Source of the DNA: Eledone cirrhosa
Lineage: Eukaryota
DNA: 64,000 nt
Reading direction: 5' to 3'
Assembly: GCA_964016885.1 (NCBI GenBank)
Contig: OZ024757.1
Location: forward strand, 27,404,001 to 27,468,000
Shown one piece after another: positions 27,390-41,679 of this stretch (positions are counted from its first letter, which is position 1; the number at the start of each line of letters is the position of its first letter). Made by a program: the position numbers and the translations under genes. The notes under the pieces were generated by a model. That model was not told the DNA's origin and did not search any database. It saw only the letters and a program-made list of their open reading frames with translations.

Positions 27390-27734
27390 AAAACTTGAAC
27401 ATTTTTGTGTAAAGCATTATTATATTTGGGCTTCCAAAATGTTTACTATAGGGAGTTTAACCCCCATTAAAGTGTCTTAATATTATTGAAATTTGCTGAA
27501 ATTTTGTCATTTACCTATGGTTTAAATTTCATATAAATCGAAGGGAAAATATTTCAGCGGGGGTTTGTGCCCCCAGGGAAGCCTTTGATTAAAATGAAAT
27601 ATACTAATCCATGTACCCTGGGCAATGTAGTTTCAGAATATATATGGTTATGGGGGTCTATCTCCAAAACCATAGGAGGAGTTCGTTAACAAACAAACAA
27701 ACAGACAGGAACTACAACTTTATATATATATAGA
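27390..27734 (-). mobile_element. Helitron-like 5' fragment
   Basis: Minus strand a|TCtatatatatataaagttgtagttcctgtctgtttgtttg; 3' end not found, left boundary approximate. Confidence 0.5.
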
Positions 27735-28691
27735 TTACATTCTACCCATCAGTATTGATTGCTCATTCAGTTAATGTTTGAATGTTAAAAAACCCGGCGA
27801 GTGGAATCTAACTTTAGTTTCGTTCAATGATCGATCCGCGGCACGTATTGTGTTTAGCTGGCTCTGCGTGATAATAATTACGTTAAAAGTACATATGTCT
27901 ATGAAATGCTCAGCCACGTTCGTTACACGTTAATTTATGAGACAGACGTTCAAGAGATCGAACGATTGTGCGATCATCGTCCAATCCAACCGACGGAGGA
28001 CCCATCATCAGCCACTTACACGTTAATTCATGAGTAGAACGTTCAGTAGATCGTAAGATAGCGTGATCATCGTCTCAACCGACGGAGGAACCATCGTCAA
28101 CCCCACCACCACTATCATCATCATTGTTCATTTGGGGACTCATCATTATCATCGTTATCATCATCATTCATTTGAACACCTATCATCATCATCACCTTCG
28201 TTCATTTGAAAACCTATCATCATCATCATCATCACCACCACCACCACCACCACCACCACCACCTCCACCACCTACATCATCATCATCGTTGTTGTTGTCC
28301 ATTTGTTCGTTTGTTTGTTTCCATTCGACGTTTTTCTGTCGTCGAATCCAATATAAAACACCTACCCATCATGTTTTGTCAAGTGTCCTTGCATAGTTAC
28401 CCCCACCGACACCACTACCACAACCGCCATCTCCCACCAACACCGACACCACTGCGACAACCACCATCTCCCACCAACACCAACATCACCATCTCCCCCC
28501 CCCCCCCCACCACTACCACCATCTCCCAAATGTATACACACTTCAGCATTCTAATAAATATTGCCTGTACAGGTAATCAAAGTGTGTGTGTGTGTAGATG
28601 TCAACATGAATGGACCTGTTATTTTTATCTAAAGACATTTTTTCCAATTCCATCCCGCCCGTCCCCTCAATCTATCTTATTTCTCATTCTT

Positions 28692-28727
28692 TCTTCTGAT
28701 GAAGGACTAGCGTCCGAAACGTTAAGA
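28692..28727 (+). ncRNA. Minimal hammerhead ribozyme, dimer-type stem III (AACGTT)
   Basis: tctt CTGATGA a GGAC tagc GTCC GAAAC GTT^ aaga. Confidence 0.8.
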
Positions 28728-28759
28728 CCCTCTTTCTGTTATTTCTGTTTACCTTTTAC

Positions 28760-28802
<43 letters not shown>

Positions 28803-28808
28803 ATATAT

Positions 28809-28889
<81 letters not shown>

Positions 28890-29132
28890 ATATAATAACG
28901 GCGAGGAATTAGTTTTGCGAGGTTTTTTATATGAAATCGTGTGTCGAAACAAATATTGTTATACTTGGGGAGGGTCATATTTGTGTAATATTGCCAGAAT
29001 TAATAACAGAACACACTCACTGTTTGGTTGGTTTTCGCTTTTCGCTTCTGTGTCTTTTATATCGGTAACCTAATTTATTCGGTCCTCAATGTTGCCATTG
29101 ACTGACCAACGGTCAAAAATAATACAGATACA

Positions 29133-30144
29133 AACACCCTAACAATAGACTACCTGTATTAGACACGGAACTCTGGATTAACACTATAGACGAGAGAGCC
29201 CAAATTCTCCACTCACACTATGCTAAACCCATGGCCTCCAAATACTTGATACTCAAAAACTCAGCAATGTCCAGTAGTGCTAAGTTTAATATTCTGATCG
29301 CAGATTTGGTACGAGTGATGAAGAATGTGTCCCGCATGTGCGACCCAACAGAAATGGAAAGACACATCCAACACTTCATCAACCGCATGCAGTTCTCTGG
29401 CTACAACCAAAGAGACAGAGTCAGAGTATACGAAGGAGCCATGGAGAAGTATAAGACCCTCATCGAACTGGACATGAAAGGAATTTGCCCATTATACAGG
29501 AGCAAATCATGGAATAGCTTAGATAGAGCTAGACATAAGATAGGGAAAGCCACCTCATGGTACGACAACCAGAGATACCAGAGTGTCATGTTTGTGGACG
29601 CTACTCCTGGAGAGAAATTAGCTAACCAGTGTAGAAAGGCCTGAGAAAGACCCACTTAAAGATTAAGGTGGTAGAAAAGCCAGGAACCACCATAAAATCC
29701 CTGATCAGCAAAACCTACCCTTTTAAGAAAACCCACTGTACTAATAGGAAATATATCATATGTAAGGTAAACCCCCGGATAAACTGTAAAACTAGAAACG
29801 TAGTCTATAGCATAAGATGTACAGAGGGTACTTGCAGAAACATGACAACAACATACATAGGCGAGACAGCTCGTAGCATAGGTGAAAGGATAGACCAACA
29901 CTGGGGGGAACTAAAAGGACGAAAAAAAAACGGTTCAGTACTATACGAACATGCCAGACAACAACACGACGGTAACATAGATAACATAGAAATTAGAATA
30001 ATATCTAAACATAGAAATGACCCAGCAGATAGGCAAATCAGAGAGGCCAGTGAAATAGAACTTAGAAGGCCAAGACTAAACAGAAAGAATGAATGGAATA
30101 ACAACAACACCCAAACAAACAACACTGACCTAAGAGAAGTATAA
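29133..30144 (+). pseudogene. Penelope RT thumb/linker + GIY-YIG endonuclease remnant, frameshift near 29641
   Basis: LPVLDTELW..HYAKPMAS (PLE RT C-terminus), then NVVYSIRC..C..TYIGETARSIGERIDQH..HARQQH..RQIREA..I....P.LN (GIY-YIG). The two ORFs 29231-29644 and 29668-30144 are in different frames. Confidence 0.9.
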
Positions 30145-30402
30145 ATAAATAAATAAATAAATACATACACAAGCACAATAACAACAAACACATATAAACA
30201 CCCACTAGTAAAGATAGAATACATTAACTGATACACAGTCACCCAATCACGAACACACATCAAACAAAACACTTTACACACGCAAACGGATGCGCAAAGA
30301 AGTCAAAATAAAATAAACAAACAAACAAATAAATAAATAAATATATAGACAGACTAAATAAAGATGGCGTAGACATACAATGTAACGGGAGGAAACAATA
30401 GC

Positions 30403-30444
30403 ACCACTGACGATGTTGCAGATGTGCAACGAAAGAACTTTGAT
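30403..30444 (+). ncRNA. Minimal hammerhead in the Penelope 3' region
   Basis: CTGACGA t GTTGCA gatg TGCAAC GAAAG aa CTT^ tgat; stem I is weak in this copy. Confidence 0.65.
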
Positions 30445-30642
30445 AAACTATATATATGTGTTTGTGTCTATATTGTATCTGTATTATTTTTGACCGTTGG
30501 TCAGTCAATGGCAACATTGAGGACCAAATAAATTAGATTACCGATATAAAAGACAGAAGCGAAAAGCGAAAACCAACCAAACAGTGAGTGTGTTCTGTTA
30601 TTAATTCTGCAATATTACACAAATATGACCCTCCCCAAGTAT

Positions 30643-30698
<56 letters not shown>

Positions 30699-31608
30699 CT
30701 AATCCTACAAAATATTTTCTAAAGTATCTCTTGGAGTCGAGAGGCGCCTGTATGTATGTGTGTATAAGTATATATGTGTGTGTGTGTGTGTGTGCGTGTG
30801 TGAGTGTGTATGTATGTTTGTATGCATATATATATATATATGTGTGTGTGTGCGTGTATATACATACATGCAGGTGCCTCTGTCTATTTATTCCATCTCG
30901 TCTCCATGAGATACATTACAAAATATTTTGTAGAACTGACATCAAAGTGAACTACTGTTGTGCTGGTAATTTTGTTAGCTGTTCAGCTAGTGATAGAATC
31001 GATAGGAGAAAAAAAACTGTCACAAAAAATACTCAAACCACTTCATTGCCATCAACACTTGATATCACCAAGAAACTGTAGTGCTCTGCACACAGACCTC
31101 TGTTGGTAACAACGATGACAAAAACATATATATATACACAGTTCCAATTGAAAAAAAAAAAGAATAAACAAACGTAGTTTTAAGTAGCGTTGAGGGAATT
31201 ACGAATTTTAAATGTATGTTAACTTAAAGTTAACTGCTTCAACGCAGGATTTTGACTATGAAACAGTCAAATATGTTGGGCATATAAGGCCCTAGAGACC
31301 GAGAGAAGTACTGATAATTTCGGAGACGGAAATAAATTTTGATTTATACCCAATTTCTTCGTCCATTTTTCATAGTTAAAAACCTACGCTGAAGCATTCA
31401 ACTCCAAGCTAACATTCTTTTACAAGAAGATTCGACCAGCATATCACTTTTGGCAGAAACACGGAAGAAATATCATTACTCTAAATACACTTGGCACCCG
31501 AATCAAAGAGACATCCATATTTCAAGATCATTGAGATTGGACTTCGCCTTCGTATATCAATAGATTCATATGACTTCTGTGTCTATCTGAAATACACATT
31601 ACATTGTA

Positions 31609-32176
31609 CAGGGTGGTCCGAAAGTCTTGTCACCCCTATATATTGTTTTAACTTTTATGGATTGGCAGTATCGGTAGAGGGTCAGACGCCATGCTTTGCA
31701 GCAAAGAGTTACGGCCCTTTATGGTCTGGGTTCAAATCTTGCCGAGGTTAACTTTGCCTTTCATCCTTACGGGGTCGATAAAATAAAGTACCAGTAATAC
31801 ACTGGGAGAATTGCTGGCCTTGTGCCAAAAGTAGAAACAATTATTTTTTGTTTTAATAATATAATATATAATATCTTTAATTATAATATGGCAGTATCGG
31901 TAGAGGGTCGGACGCCATGCTTTCCAGCATAGTTACGTCCCTTTGCGGTGTGAGTTCAAATCCCGCCGAGGTTAACTTTGCCTTTCATCCTTACGGGGTC
32001 GATAAAATAAAGTACCAGTAATGTACTGGATAATTAATGGCCTTGTGCCAAAAGTAGAAACAATTAATTATAATATATAATTTTAATCGTTTAAGCCAAC
32101 ATTCGTCAACGAACTAAGCGATAACGACATTGACAAAAGACATGGTAGGGAGTGACAAGATTTTAGGACCACCCTG
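31609..32176. mobile_element. Tc1/mariner-type MITE with TA TSD carrying two nested SINEs
   Basis: TA-cagggtggtccgaaagtcttgtcac...gtgacaagattttaggaccaccctg-TA. Confidence 0.85.
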
Positions 32177-32479
32177 TACTTAATTTGTTAAACTCTAAGC
32201 TGGAATTTGTCTTTTCTGATTCTTATTAGAGGAAGGATACTTTACAAACGAATAACTTTTTCAACCGGTTAAATTTTGCAATACACTGTTGCTATTGCCG
32301 TCGGTGAAATATTGAGCTACCTACAAGTAGCTAGCTTTCAATGTTCCTTTTAAAAATATTATTGAATTTCACTCATTTTTTATGCTTGTGTATGTCATTC
32401 CTCACAATAACATTGAAATAAATCCAGCTGGTTTCCTTGAACGTTTCCTAACCCAAGATGAGTGTTGGGTCCATTACTT

Positions 32480-32855
32480 TGAGCCAGAGATAATGAGATA
32501 AATACATGCTCCACAGAATGTTAAGGTTGTTTCATCTGGAGCGAAGGAGATGGCCTCGTTTTTTTTATTTTTTTTTATGCAAAGGGCATTGTGTTTATTG
32601 ACTACTTTCGAAGGGGTCACGCCATCAATGGAGAGTACTATGCCAACTTGCTGAGGCAATAACGAAAGTCTACCAAGAACAAACGCCGAGGAAAATTGAC
32701 AAAAGGGGGCTTTGTTTCATCAAGACAATGATCCAGCACACAAGTCCTTGGTTTCAAGGGCTGCTGTGCGTGACCGTGGCTTTGAACTGGTTGATCACCA
32801 TCTCTTGGTTTGGTCCCATATGACTATCATCTGGTCCCCAACATGAAAAAAACAA
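32480..32855 (+). pseudogene. mariner transposase (DD34D) remnant
   Basis: Translates, with stops and frameshifts, to KGIVFIDY..GHAINGEYYANLL..LFHQDN..AHKS..GFELVDH. Confidence 0.8.
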
Positions 32856-33333
32856 TTGGTGACATTCCATGAAAGCATCTTGGTCAGCTTATGAACTTCT
32901 CAGCTGATCTTCGTATATATACAAACATACATATACATATGATGGCTGCAAAGTCTGCTAAGAGTATTGCAATCGCTTGTCAGATTATAGAGTTTGGTGC
33001 AGCCACACGAACCTGTAACATATCCTAACCATGCAATGCCTGTGCTTTGAAGGTTTTTAAGACGGGAAAGGTCTTGCACTCGACCAATCCCACTCTCTGA
33101 GCATCGAAAACACTACCCGAAAAGGAGAACTGGTCAACATCATTGGATGCTTCCGAAGTCACATTTTTTTTTTTTTAGAGTTTTCTTCTCCTAGAAAGGT
33201 GTTGTGACAACAACTGGGGGCCTTTCACGTGTGTATTTATGTACGAATATGTGTGTGTGAGTGAATATTACACCAGGTGACAGACAGTTGTGTAATACTA
33301 GCCGCTATAAAGTATAAATGTATACATGTATGC

Positions 33334-33373
<40 letters not shown>

Positions 33374-33751
33374 GTGGTTAGGATGTCAATATATGTTTGA
33401 ATACAGCCACTATGTGTGTGAGTACACACATACAGACAAAAGTATATAGACACTAAAATTATCAGCACCAACAATGGAAACTACCGGACTCTCTCTCTCT
33501 CTCTCTCTCACTCACTCTTTCTGTGCATGTGTGTGTATGTATATGTGTATGTGCGCGCACGTGTGTGTATGTATATGTGTATGTGTGCGCGCGTGTGGGT
33601 ATGTGTATGTATGTGAGAAAGAGAGACCCGAAAAAAAGCCATAATTTACAATGGTGTGCTTTTACGACGGAAGACAACAGACGTCAAAGCCCGAATATCT
33701 GTACTTTATAGCGACAGGCATTACACAACTGTCTGTCAACTGGTGTGATAC

Positions 33752-33803
<52 letters not shown>

Positions 33804-33930
33804 ACACACACACATATTTATTTACAGGCATCCAAAACGAGTGAAATTCAATAATACTTTTAAAATGTACATGGAAAGCTACTTGTAACTAGCTCAGTAT
33901 ATACACTTAGGTGTATGTGTATATATATAC

Positions 33931-33972
<42 letters not shown>

Positions 33973-34000
33973 GTATACATATGTATATATATAATATATG

Positions 34001-34031
<31 letters not shown>

Positions 34032-34060
34032 TGTGTGTGTGTATATGTGTCTGTACATAA

Positions 34061-34127
<67 letters not shown>

Positions 34128-34249
34128 ACTGTTACACCATCATGATCTATCGGGACAGACAGACATTGGTTCCACATGACTGGTCAGACGTTGACCAGTA
34201 TTTCAGAGACTGTGTGACATGAGGACAATAAAACATTGATATTCTAGCA

Positions 34250-35215
34250 CTGACAAAAATCACCACCACCACCACCACCACCACCACCATCTGTATAAGA
34301 AAGAACCACCATCAAAACCATCACCACCACCTCTACAGCCGCGACTACAACCACTACCACCACCACCACTACTATCTGTATAAGAAACAACCACCATAAA
34401 AAAACAACACCAAAACCTCCACCGTTGCGACTACAACCACTACCGCTGCCGCCACCACCACCAACACCATCTGTATAAAAACAACCACCATCAAAACCAT
34501 CACCACCACTGCGACTACAACCACTACCACCACCACTACTACCATCTGTATAAGAAACAACCACCATCAAAACCACCACCACCACCTCTGAGACTACAAC
34601 CACTACCACCACCACCACCACCACCACACCACCACCACCACCACCAAAACCACCACCACCACCTCCACCACTGCGACTACAACCACTACCGTCGCCGCCA
34701 CTACCATCTGTATAAGAAACAACCACCATCAAAACCATCACCCCCACCTCCACCACTGAGACTACAACCACTACCACCACCACCATCTGTATAAGAAACA
34801 ACCACCATCAAAACCACCACTGAGACTACAACCACTACCACCACCACCACCACCACCACCATCTGTATAAGAAACAACCACCATCAAAACCATCACCACC
34901 ACCACCCCCACCGCCGCGACTACAACCACTACCACCACCACCACCACCACCACTACCACCATCTGTATAAAAACAACCACCATCATACATACATACATAC
35001 ATACGTACGTACATACATACATACATACATACATACATACATACATACATACGTACATACATACATACATACATACGTGCATACATACATACATACGTAC
35101 ATACATACATACATACATACATACATACATACATACATACGTACGTACATACATACATACATACGTACATACGTACATACATACATACATACATACATAC
35201 ATACGTACATACATG
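34250..35215. repeat. ACC-rich minisatellite followed by (TACA)n
   Basis: accatctgtataagaaacaaccaccatcaaaacc units. Confidence 0.9.
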
Positions 35216-35682
35216 ACTGAGACGAAGACAGCAATGCTAGAAAACGAGCGTTGCTGACGCGACAAGATGAATTATCACCTTCATCACACATGCCTGATAA
35301 TTTTGTGAATGAAGATAGTAATAATAATGAGACAAGGTCACAAATTTAGTGAGGTGAGATATAGTCAAATATACTTACAACCCCAGAAAATTACTGGTAC
35401 ATTTTCCAGCCTGTGGCGTTCGAGACGTTTGGGGGCGTCGGGCCACAGACTTATCTTCACTGGCGGCTCACCTAACAGAAGTAACTGGTGATGCTCATGA
35501 GGGCGCTTGGTTGTTCCAGCGCATCGGCCTCGCCATCATTTAATTTTTATAATGGATAAATAACATTTTCGAAAAATACGTAAGTGGAAACAAAACAGTG
35601 CAATAACATTTTTGCGGAAAAATATCTTACTTTCTCCAATAAAAAAAATATTATCTATTTTGCGAAATCCAGACACTTTCAA

Positions 35683-36128
35683 TAATGACCAGAAGTCGAC
35701 CCTAAATATTACTAATAGCTCTAGGAAAGCCATGAACGACACCACATCTTTTTAACTTTGATTTTGAAAGTAGGTTTATAATTATCAATTTTCCTTATGC
35801 TTTCGTAGCTGTCTCGGGGGCCTAGTTGGAGGAATCATAATCGGTGGTGGTCCTGGTCTGAAGTTCGATTCCCGGTAAACCGTTTCAGTTTTTTTTCTAT
35901 TGGTTGTAAAATAAAAACTGAAAAAAAGGTTGCATGTACCCCTTGACCAGGATTTAACCCACGGTCATAATCTCCACCGTCAGCTAGGCCACAGAGAAAA
36001 CTACAAAAATATTATGAAAACTCATACTTATAAACCCACTTTCAAAATTTTCAAAACAAAGTGTTGTGGTGTCGTTCATGTCTTTCTTAATGTTATTGCT
36101 ACTACTTAAGGTCGACTTCTAAATCATT
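35683..36128. mobile_element. Imperfect ~450-bp fold-back element with tRNA-like A/B boxes in both arms
   Basis: agaagtcgacc..catgaacgacaccac..ttttgaaagtaggtttataa..ggcctag mirrored at 35985-36128. Confidence 0.6.
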
Positions 36129-36296
36129 TGGGTGTATTTTGCGAAATCCAGTGACTTTCAATAATAACCTTTGGCTTTCACACTCACTCAATATATATGT
36201 GTGTGTGTGTGTGTGTGTATCTATCTATCTATCTATATATCTATATACTGTATATATCTCTCTCTATATATATACAGTATATATATATATATACAG

Positions 36297-36336
<40 letters not shown>

Positions 36337-36563
36337 CATCTTCACCACTAATTGATTTGACAGATGTCTTTAACCCATTGATACCAAATATTATTTGGTC
36401 AGTAGTTCGTGTGTAAGTATATATATATATATATATAAAACATGAGAAGAAAGAAGAATAATGCGTGGTTGCACATGGGTTACATATGATAAAAATAGTC
36501 CTTCGTCAGTGATTTTCCAACCATCATTGGTATTTCATCGCATTAAAAATCATATACCTCAGG

Positions 36564-36611
<48 letters not shown>

Positions 36612-38379
36612 TGAAAAATTGAACGGGAACAAAACAGAGAGGCAGTACGAACAACAAAGGTTTATTAGTTTCACGCTCTTGAGACTGGGGTGGTGGTTAT
36701 GCTTGTGTGTCTGTGTCTATATATATGTATGTTTGCATGCATGAATGAATACACTAAGCTTTAGATTTAGTAGAATGTACAACCAGTGATTCCAGCTATT
36801 AGCACTATCGTATGTTTTGGTTTCTAGTAATTTCCAGGGGAATTGGTTTGCTTAATTGTTTTATTCTTTCTCTTAGATTTCAGGTATTTTTTGAAAGCTA
36901 AGCATTGGCCCCTAAAATACTACAGTGGGCCCTGCAATGCTACTGTGGGCTCTTTCAATGCTACCGTGGGCCCCTCGGCGCCCACTTGCCATTGGGCAAC
37001 CTGGCAAGTCCACCATTGTATACACATACATACGTCTATACAAATACACACACATACATACATATATATATATGTGTATGTGTGGTGTGTGTGTGTGTGT
37101 ACACGTGCATATGTTTTGTATCTATACATATGTATATATGCAGTTATTACATGGACATTTTTTGGAATGTTTTAGATATTTTTACTGTTCCATTAATGGA
37201 TTGTACTTGTACTTCCTAACTGGTCGTGTTCTCTGGTTATTTAACTCCTATGTGGTATGTATGTGTATGTGTATGCATGTGTATGTATGTGTGTATGTAT
37301 GTATGCATGTATGTGTTTATGTGTGTGTATGCATGTATGTGTGTATGTGTGTGTATGTATGTGCACATGTGTATGTGTGCATGTGTGTGTGTATGTATGC
37401 ATATATGTAAGTGTATGTGTGCATGTATGTATGCGTGTGTATGTATGTATAAATGTATGTGTGTATGTATGCATGTGCATATGAATGAATGTGTGTATGC
37501 ATGTATGTATGTATGTATGTATGTATGTATGTATGTATGTATGTATGTGTACGTATGTATGTATGTATGTATGTATGTATGTATGTATGTATGTATGTAT
37601 GTATGTATGTATGTATGTGTATACGTATATATGAATGTATGTATGTATGTAAGCATGTTCATCTGGTTTGATAATTTCACAAATTTTTGCCAATAGAGAG
37701 AGTCGGTTTCTAACATAGACACAAGACTTTCTCATTGAAATTTACACATCAACTAGGTAGATATGTCTGCATGCATGTGTAGATATGGATGTTATTGTAT
37801 GTGTGGATGTGTATGTTTTGAGTTGTATGTGTGCATCTGTATATGCTTAGTATCTGTACATGTGTATATGCAGTTATTAGATGCAAAATTTTTGGAATGT
37901 TTTAATGTATGTATGTATGTATGTATATGCATGTGTGTATGTATAACAGCGAGGAAACTTCTCACACTTGATTAAGTCATTTAACTTCTTCCAGAATGAT
38001 TCGATTTCCTGAGTTGGTTGACTGGTTGGTGAGCTGCCTGCTTCACCATGGATAACCACACTTACTCCATAGCAATTTCTAATACGCCGTAAGCATCCTC
38101 AGAACTCTTGATGCCCATATGCCTAGCTTTCCTTCCATCAGCTCATTTTATTTCTACACCACAAACCTTGTTACCACAGTGTCGTCGGTGGATAAACTAT
38201 TTTCGTCATTGACTTCTTTAGATTTATTAAATTTTAACTTCTGCAACTCTTATGCGCTTCCTTGCACCAACAGATAATGATTTTGGAAGTTGCATCAACA
38301 TTGTATTTTACAGAAAATACAATTAATTTGTCTTTCAATATTCAAAATATCCCCTTTTTGCCTCATTTCTCTGTGGTAC

Positions 38380-38500
38380 TTATTGGCTGCTGTGCATAAC
38401 TGTGGCTTTGAACTGGTTAAACACCCTCCCTATTCTCCTGATTTGGCCCTATTTGACTATCATCTGTTTGTTCCCCAACATAAAAAAACACTTGGCTGGG
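38380..38500 (+). pseudogene. mariner transposase remnant
   Basis: GFELVKHPPYSPDLALFDYHLF (YSPDL motif). Confidence 0.85.
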
Positions 38501-39219
38501 GAATCCAAAAGGTGGTACTCCCCGTTTGGGTTTTTAGAGGTTGGCAGGTCCGTTTATATGTGAACCAGAGACTGGAACATTTATCGAGGTTAGAATCACA
38601 TGTTCCTTTAAATTATTATTCTCTCTGGAAGCCATGACGTAAAATATAAACCTGAAAAGTACCAAATCACTTGAAAATCATCGAACATTGAGGGACCAAA
38701 ATTGTGTTATGTTGTGTTGCATATGGTAATTCCACAGCGTGCTACAATGTGGAACTTAATTTTCTAGCAAAAGTATCACTAAAATTATTCACATAAACTT
38801 AAGTCTATTTCGACATCACTAATCTTCGTTTCAGTGTGTATATCAGACCTGCCACCTCTAAAAACCCAAACGAGGAATACCATGAAAAAAAAGTGCCCCA
38901 AATCGGGGAGAAATGAGGCAAAATGGGGAGATTTTACATAATGAAAACTATACCCATTTTCACATGAGTAGACAGCTCTCATCCACCCAAGAGGAGATTT
39001 TTACATAATGAAAACTATACTCATTTTCACAAGAGTAGACATCTCTCACCCACCACAAAGAGAATGGAAGATCTCCCCGTCGGGCGAGGAGAGTTGACAG
39101 GTCTGGTATGTTATTATATTTGAAAATAAATTACCACCAAATTATATCGGGACTACAAGGAACAGAAATATGATAAAGAAAATCAGTTTTAGTGAATAAA
39201 TCTTCAATGAATTCATATA

Positions 39220-39538
39220 CAGTGGACCCCCGGCATTCGCGGCCCCGGTTATTCGCGGAATTTTCTTTTGAACCTAACTAATATTGTTCGTGGAAACTCC
39301 CGCATATTCACGGAATCGTAAATATCATCCGCGATTTTTTAAAGTTTTTTTATTCGTGGCGACATATTTTTTCACGTTTTTAATAACAATATACGGTATT
39401 TGACGGCCAATATTTTACGTCATGTTTTGATGTTTATAGGTATTTTTATGTACCACATTCAAATCTTCGCGGTTTTTCACTCCTAGCTCTAGGAACGTAA
39501 TCCCCGCGAATACGGGGGGAGGGGGGGACACACAACTG
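39220..39538. mobile_element. pogo/Tigger-like MITE
   Basis: TA-cagtggacccccggcattcgcgg...ccgcgaatacggggg...actg-TA. Confidence 0.7.
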
Positions 39539-40328
39539 TATACAAATTTTCGTCATAAAAAAATGTAGTGTTTATTAGAGTGGAGTGTAAAAGTGAATCA
39601 GAAACAAGCCTTATATATGTAAAAGACTGGGTATAGCGAAAAAGAAGCAAAGAGAAGATTGGTTAATTAATTAGAATAATAGGCAAATTAAGGGTTTTGT
39701 TAGTTTAGGTAGCACAGAATGGTAGCAAGCAGGGCCGGATTTAATGGGAGGCAATGGGGCAATAATCTCCCCCTCAGAGAGATGTAAATACGAATAAGCA
39801 GGATGTCTACTGATGAAATGACACGCATTCGTCCCACGTTTTTGTCATTCCCCTATCGACCGACCACATAACATAGTACAACAAACTGTGCTGTGTGCGC
39901 AATGATATATCAGAACAGCTACTACAATATTTCATAAGAGGGAAAAGAGTAATTAATTTCCTATTATGATCAATGCTTATAGTACAGAGTAAGCTTAATA
40001 TTTATTATAAAAGGAATGTTGATGCAATGTAGATAAAGAGTTAGTAGCGTTCTATTTCCTCCCAGAGAAATGATAGCCAGCCGATAAGATCTCCAGCTTT
40101 TGTCCATCATCTGCCTGCATCACTGATTAACAATGTCACCTTTCTCGTAGAACAGGAAATGATCGTCTTTTTTTTGTTTTATTTTTTTGTTTTGATCACC
40201 TTGCTTTGTTAATTTGTGAGTTAGTTAGTTGGTTGGCTAGTTGGTTGATTGGTTGATTGACAGGTGGGTTAGCTGGCTGACTGACTATCATATATATTAG
40301 TTTAACGCTCGATAGGGGAGGAAAATAG

Positions 40329-40358
40329 TCTTAACGTTTCGGACGTCAGTCTTTCATC

Positions 40359-40364
<6 letters not shown>
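40329..40364 (-). ncRNA. Degenerate hammerhead, same family as 28692 (core CCGATGA)
   Basis: Minus strand tctt CCGATGA a AGAC tgac GTCC GAAAC GTT^ aaga. Confidence 0.65.
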
Positions 40365-40409
<45 letters not shown>

Positions 40410-40501
40410 AGAAGAAGAAGAAGAAGAAAGATAGACGAGGGTAAGAAAAGAAAGAACCGGATATTGTTTTCACCGGAGGAAAGTATGTGTGTATTTAATC
40501 G

Positions 40502-40571
<70 letters not shown>

Positions 40572-40703
40572 GTATGTATATATATATACATATATATATA
40601 TAATTGGAAGAAAAAGCAGTAGTACAAGTGTTATAAAGAAATATGGCAACTCCCTGGGCGAGAGAAAGTGAGAGGGGAGATATATATATATATATATATA
40701 TAC

Positions 40704-40738
<35 letters not shown>

Positions 40739-41344
40739 GTGAGAGAGAGAGAGACTATGTGTGTGTTTAGATGTTGGAAGGAATTATGCTAATCGGGTTA
40801 AAGATATTGTATCTACAGAGGATTATTATCATTACTTGATAGCAACCACTCTATACGCTTTGGTGTACTGTGATTGTTGTTTTTGTTGGTGGTGATGATG
40901 GTGGTGGTGGTGGTGGTGTTGGCGATGATAGCTGTGATGGTGGTGATAGTGATGGTGGTGGTAGTGATGGAGGTGGTGGTGATGGGGATAGTTGTAATAG
41001 TGATGATGATTATTGTGATGGCGGTGGTGATGGTGATAGTTGTGATGGTGGTGGTGGTGGTGATAGTTGTGATGGTGGTGGTGGTGGTGATAGTTGTGAT
41101 GGTGGTGGTGATAGTTGTGATGATGGTGGTGGTGGTGGTGACAGTGAAAACTGTGATGGTGGTGGTCCTGGTGATGGTAATGACTGTGGTGGTGGTGGCG
41201 ATGGTGGTTGCAATAGTAGAGATGATGATAGCGGCAGTGGTAGTGGTGGTGCTGCCATTGTTGTTGGTGTCGGCGGTGCTGTTGCTGCTGTTGATACTGT
41301 TATTGTTGTTGTTGATGTTGCTGCTATTATTAATTTTACTGCAG

Positions 41345-41546
41345 GGCAGTGGATTGGCAGAATCAGTAGAGCGTCGGATAACGTGTTTAACGGCACGGAG
41401 TTACGGCCCTTTACGTTCTGAGTTTAAATTATGTTGAGGTTAGCTTTGCCTTTCATCCTTACGGGGTCGATAGAATAAAGTACCAGTAATGCACTGGGGT
41501 CGATTTAATCGATTTCCCCCTTCTCCCAAAATTGTTGGCATTGTGC
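41345..41546 (+). mobile_element. SINE (further copies at 9545-9683, 17512-17730, 23157-23332, 31659-31843, 31888-32065, 46370-46935 x3, 62773-62993)
   Basis: ggcagtggattggcagaatc..gagtt(c/t)aaat..gcctttcatcc consensus. Confidence 0.85.
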
Positions 41547-41679
41547 AGCAAAGTCTTTGATCAATCTGGTTCATGTCTTGAACTGTGAATCACTCGGTCT
41601 GTTTTCTGTCAAACAGTATAGCTTCCATATTTGATTCTTCACTGGCTGATCTTCTGATTGCGTGAGATAGGACAGAGGG

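Larger units (their letters stand above)
28897..30650 (+). mobile_element. 5'-truncated Penelope-like element (RT C-terminus + GIY-YIG endonuclease) bounded by inverted pseudo-LTRs
   Basis: 28953-29132 is the reverse complement of 30474-30650, and the element is flanked by (TA)n on both sides. Internal coding remnant and an HHR lie in the 3' region. Confidence 0.9.
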
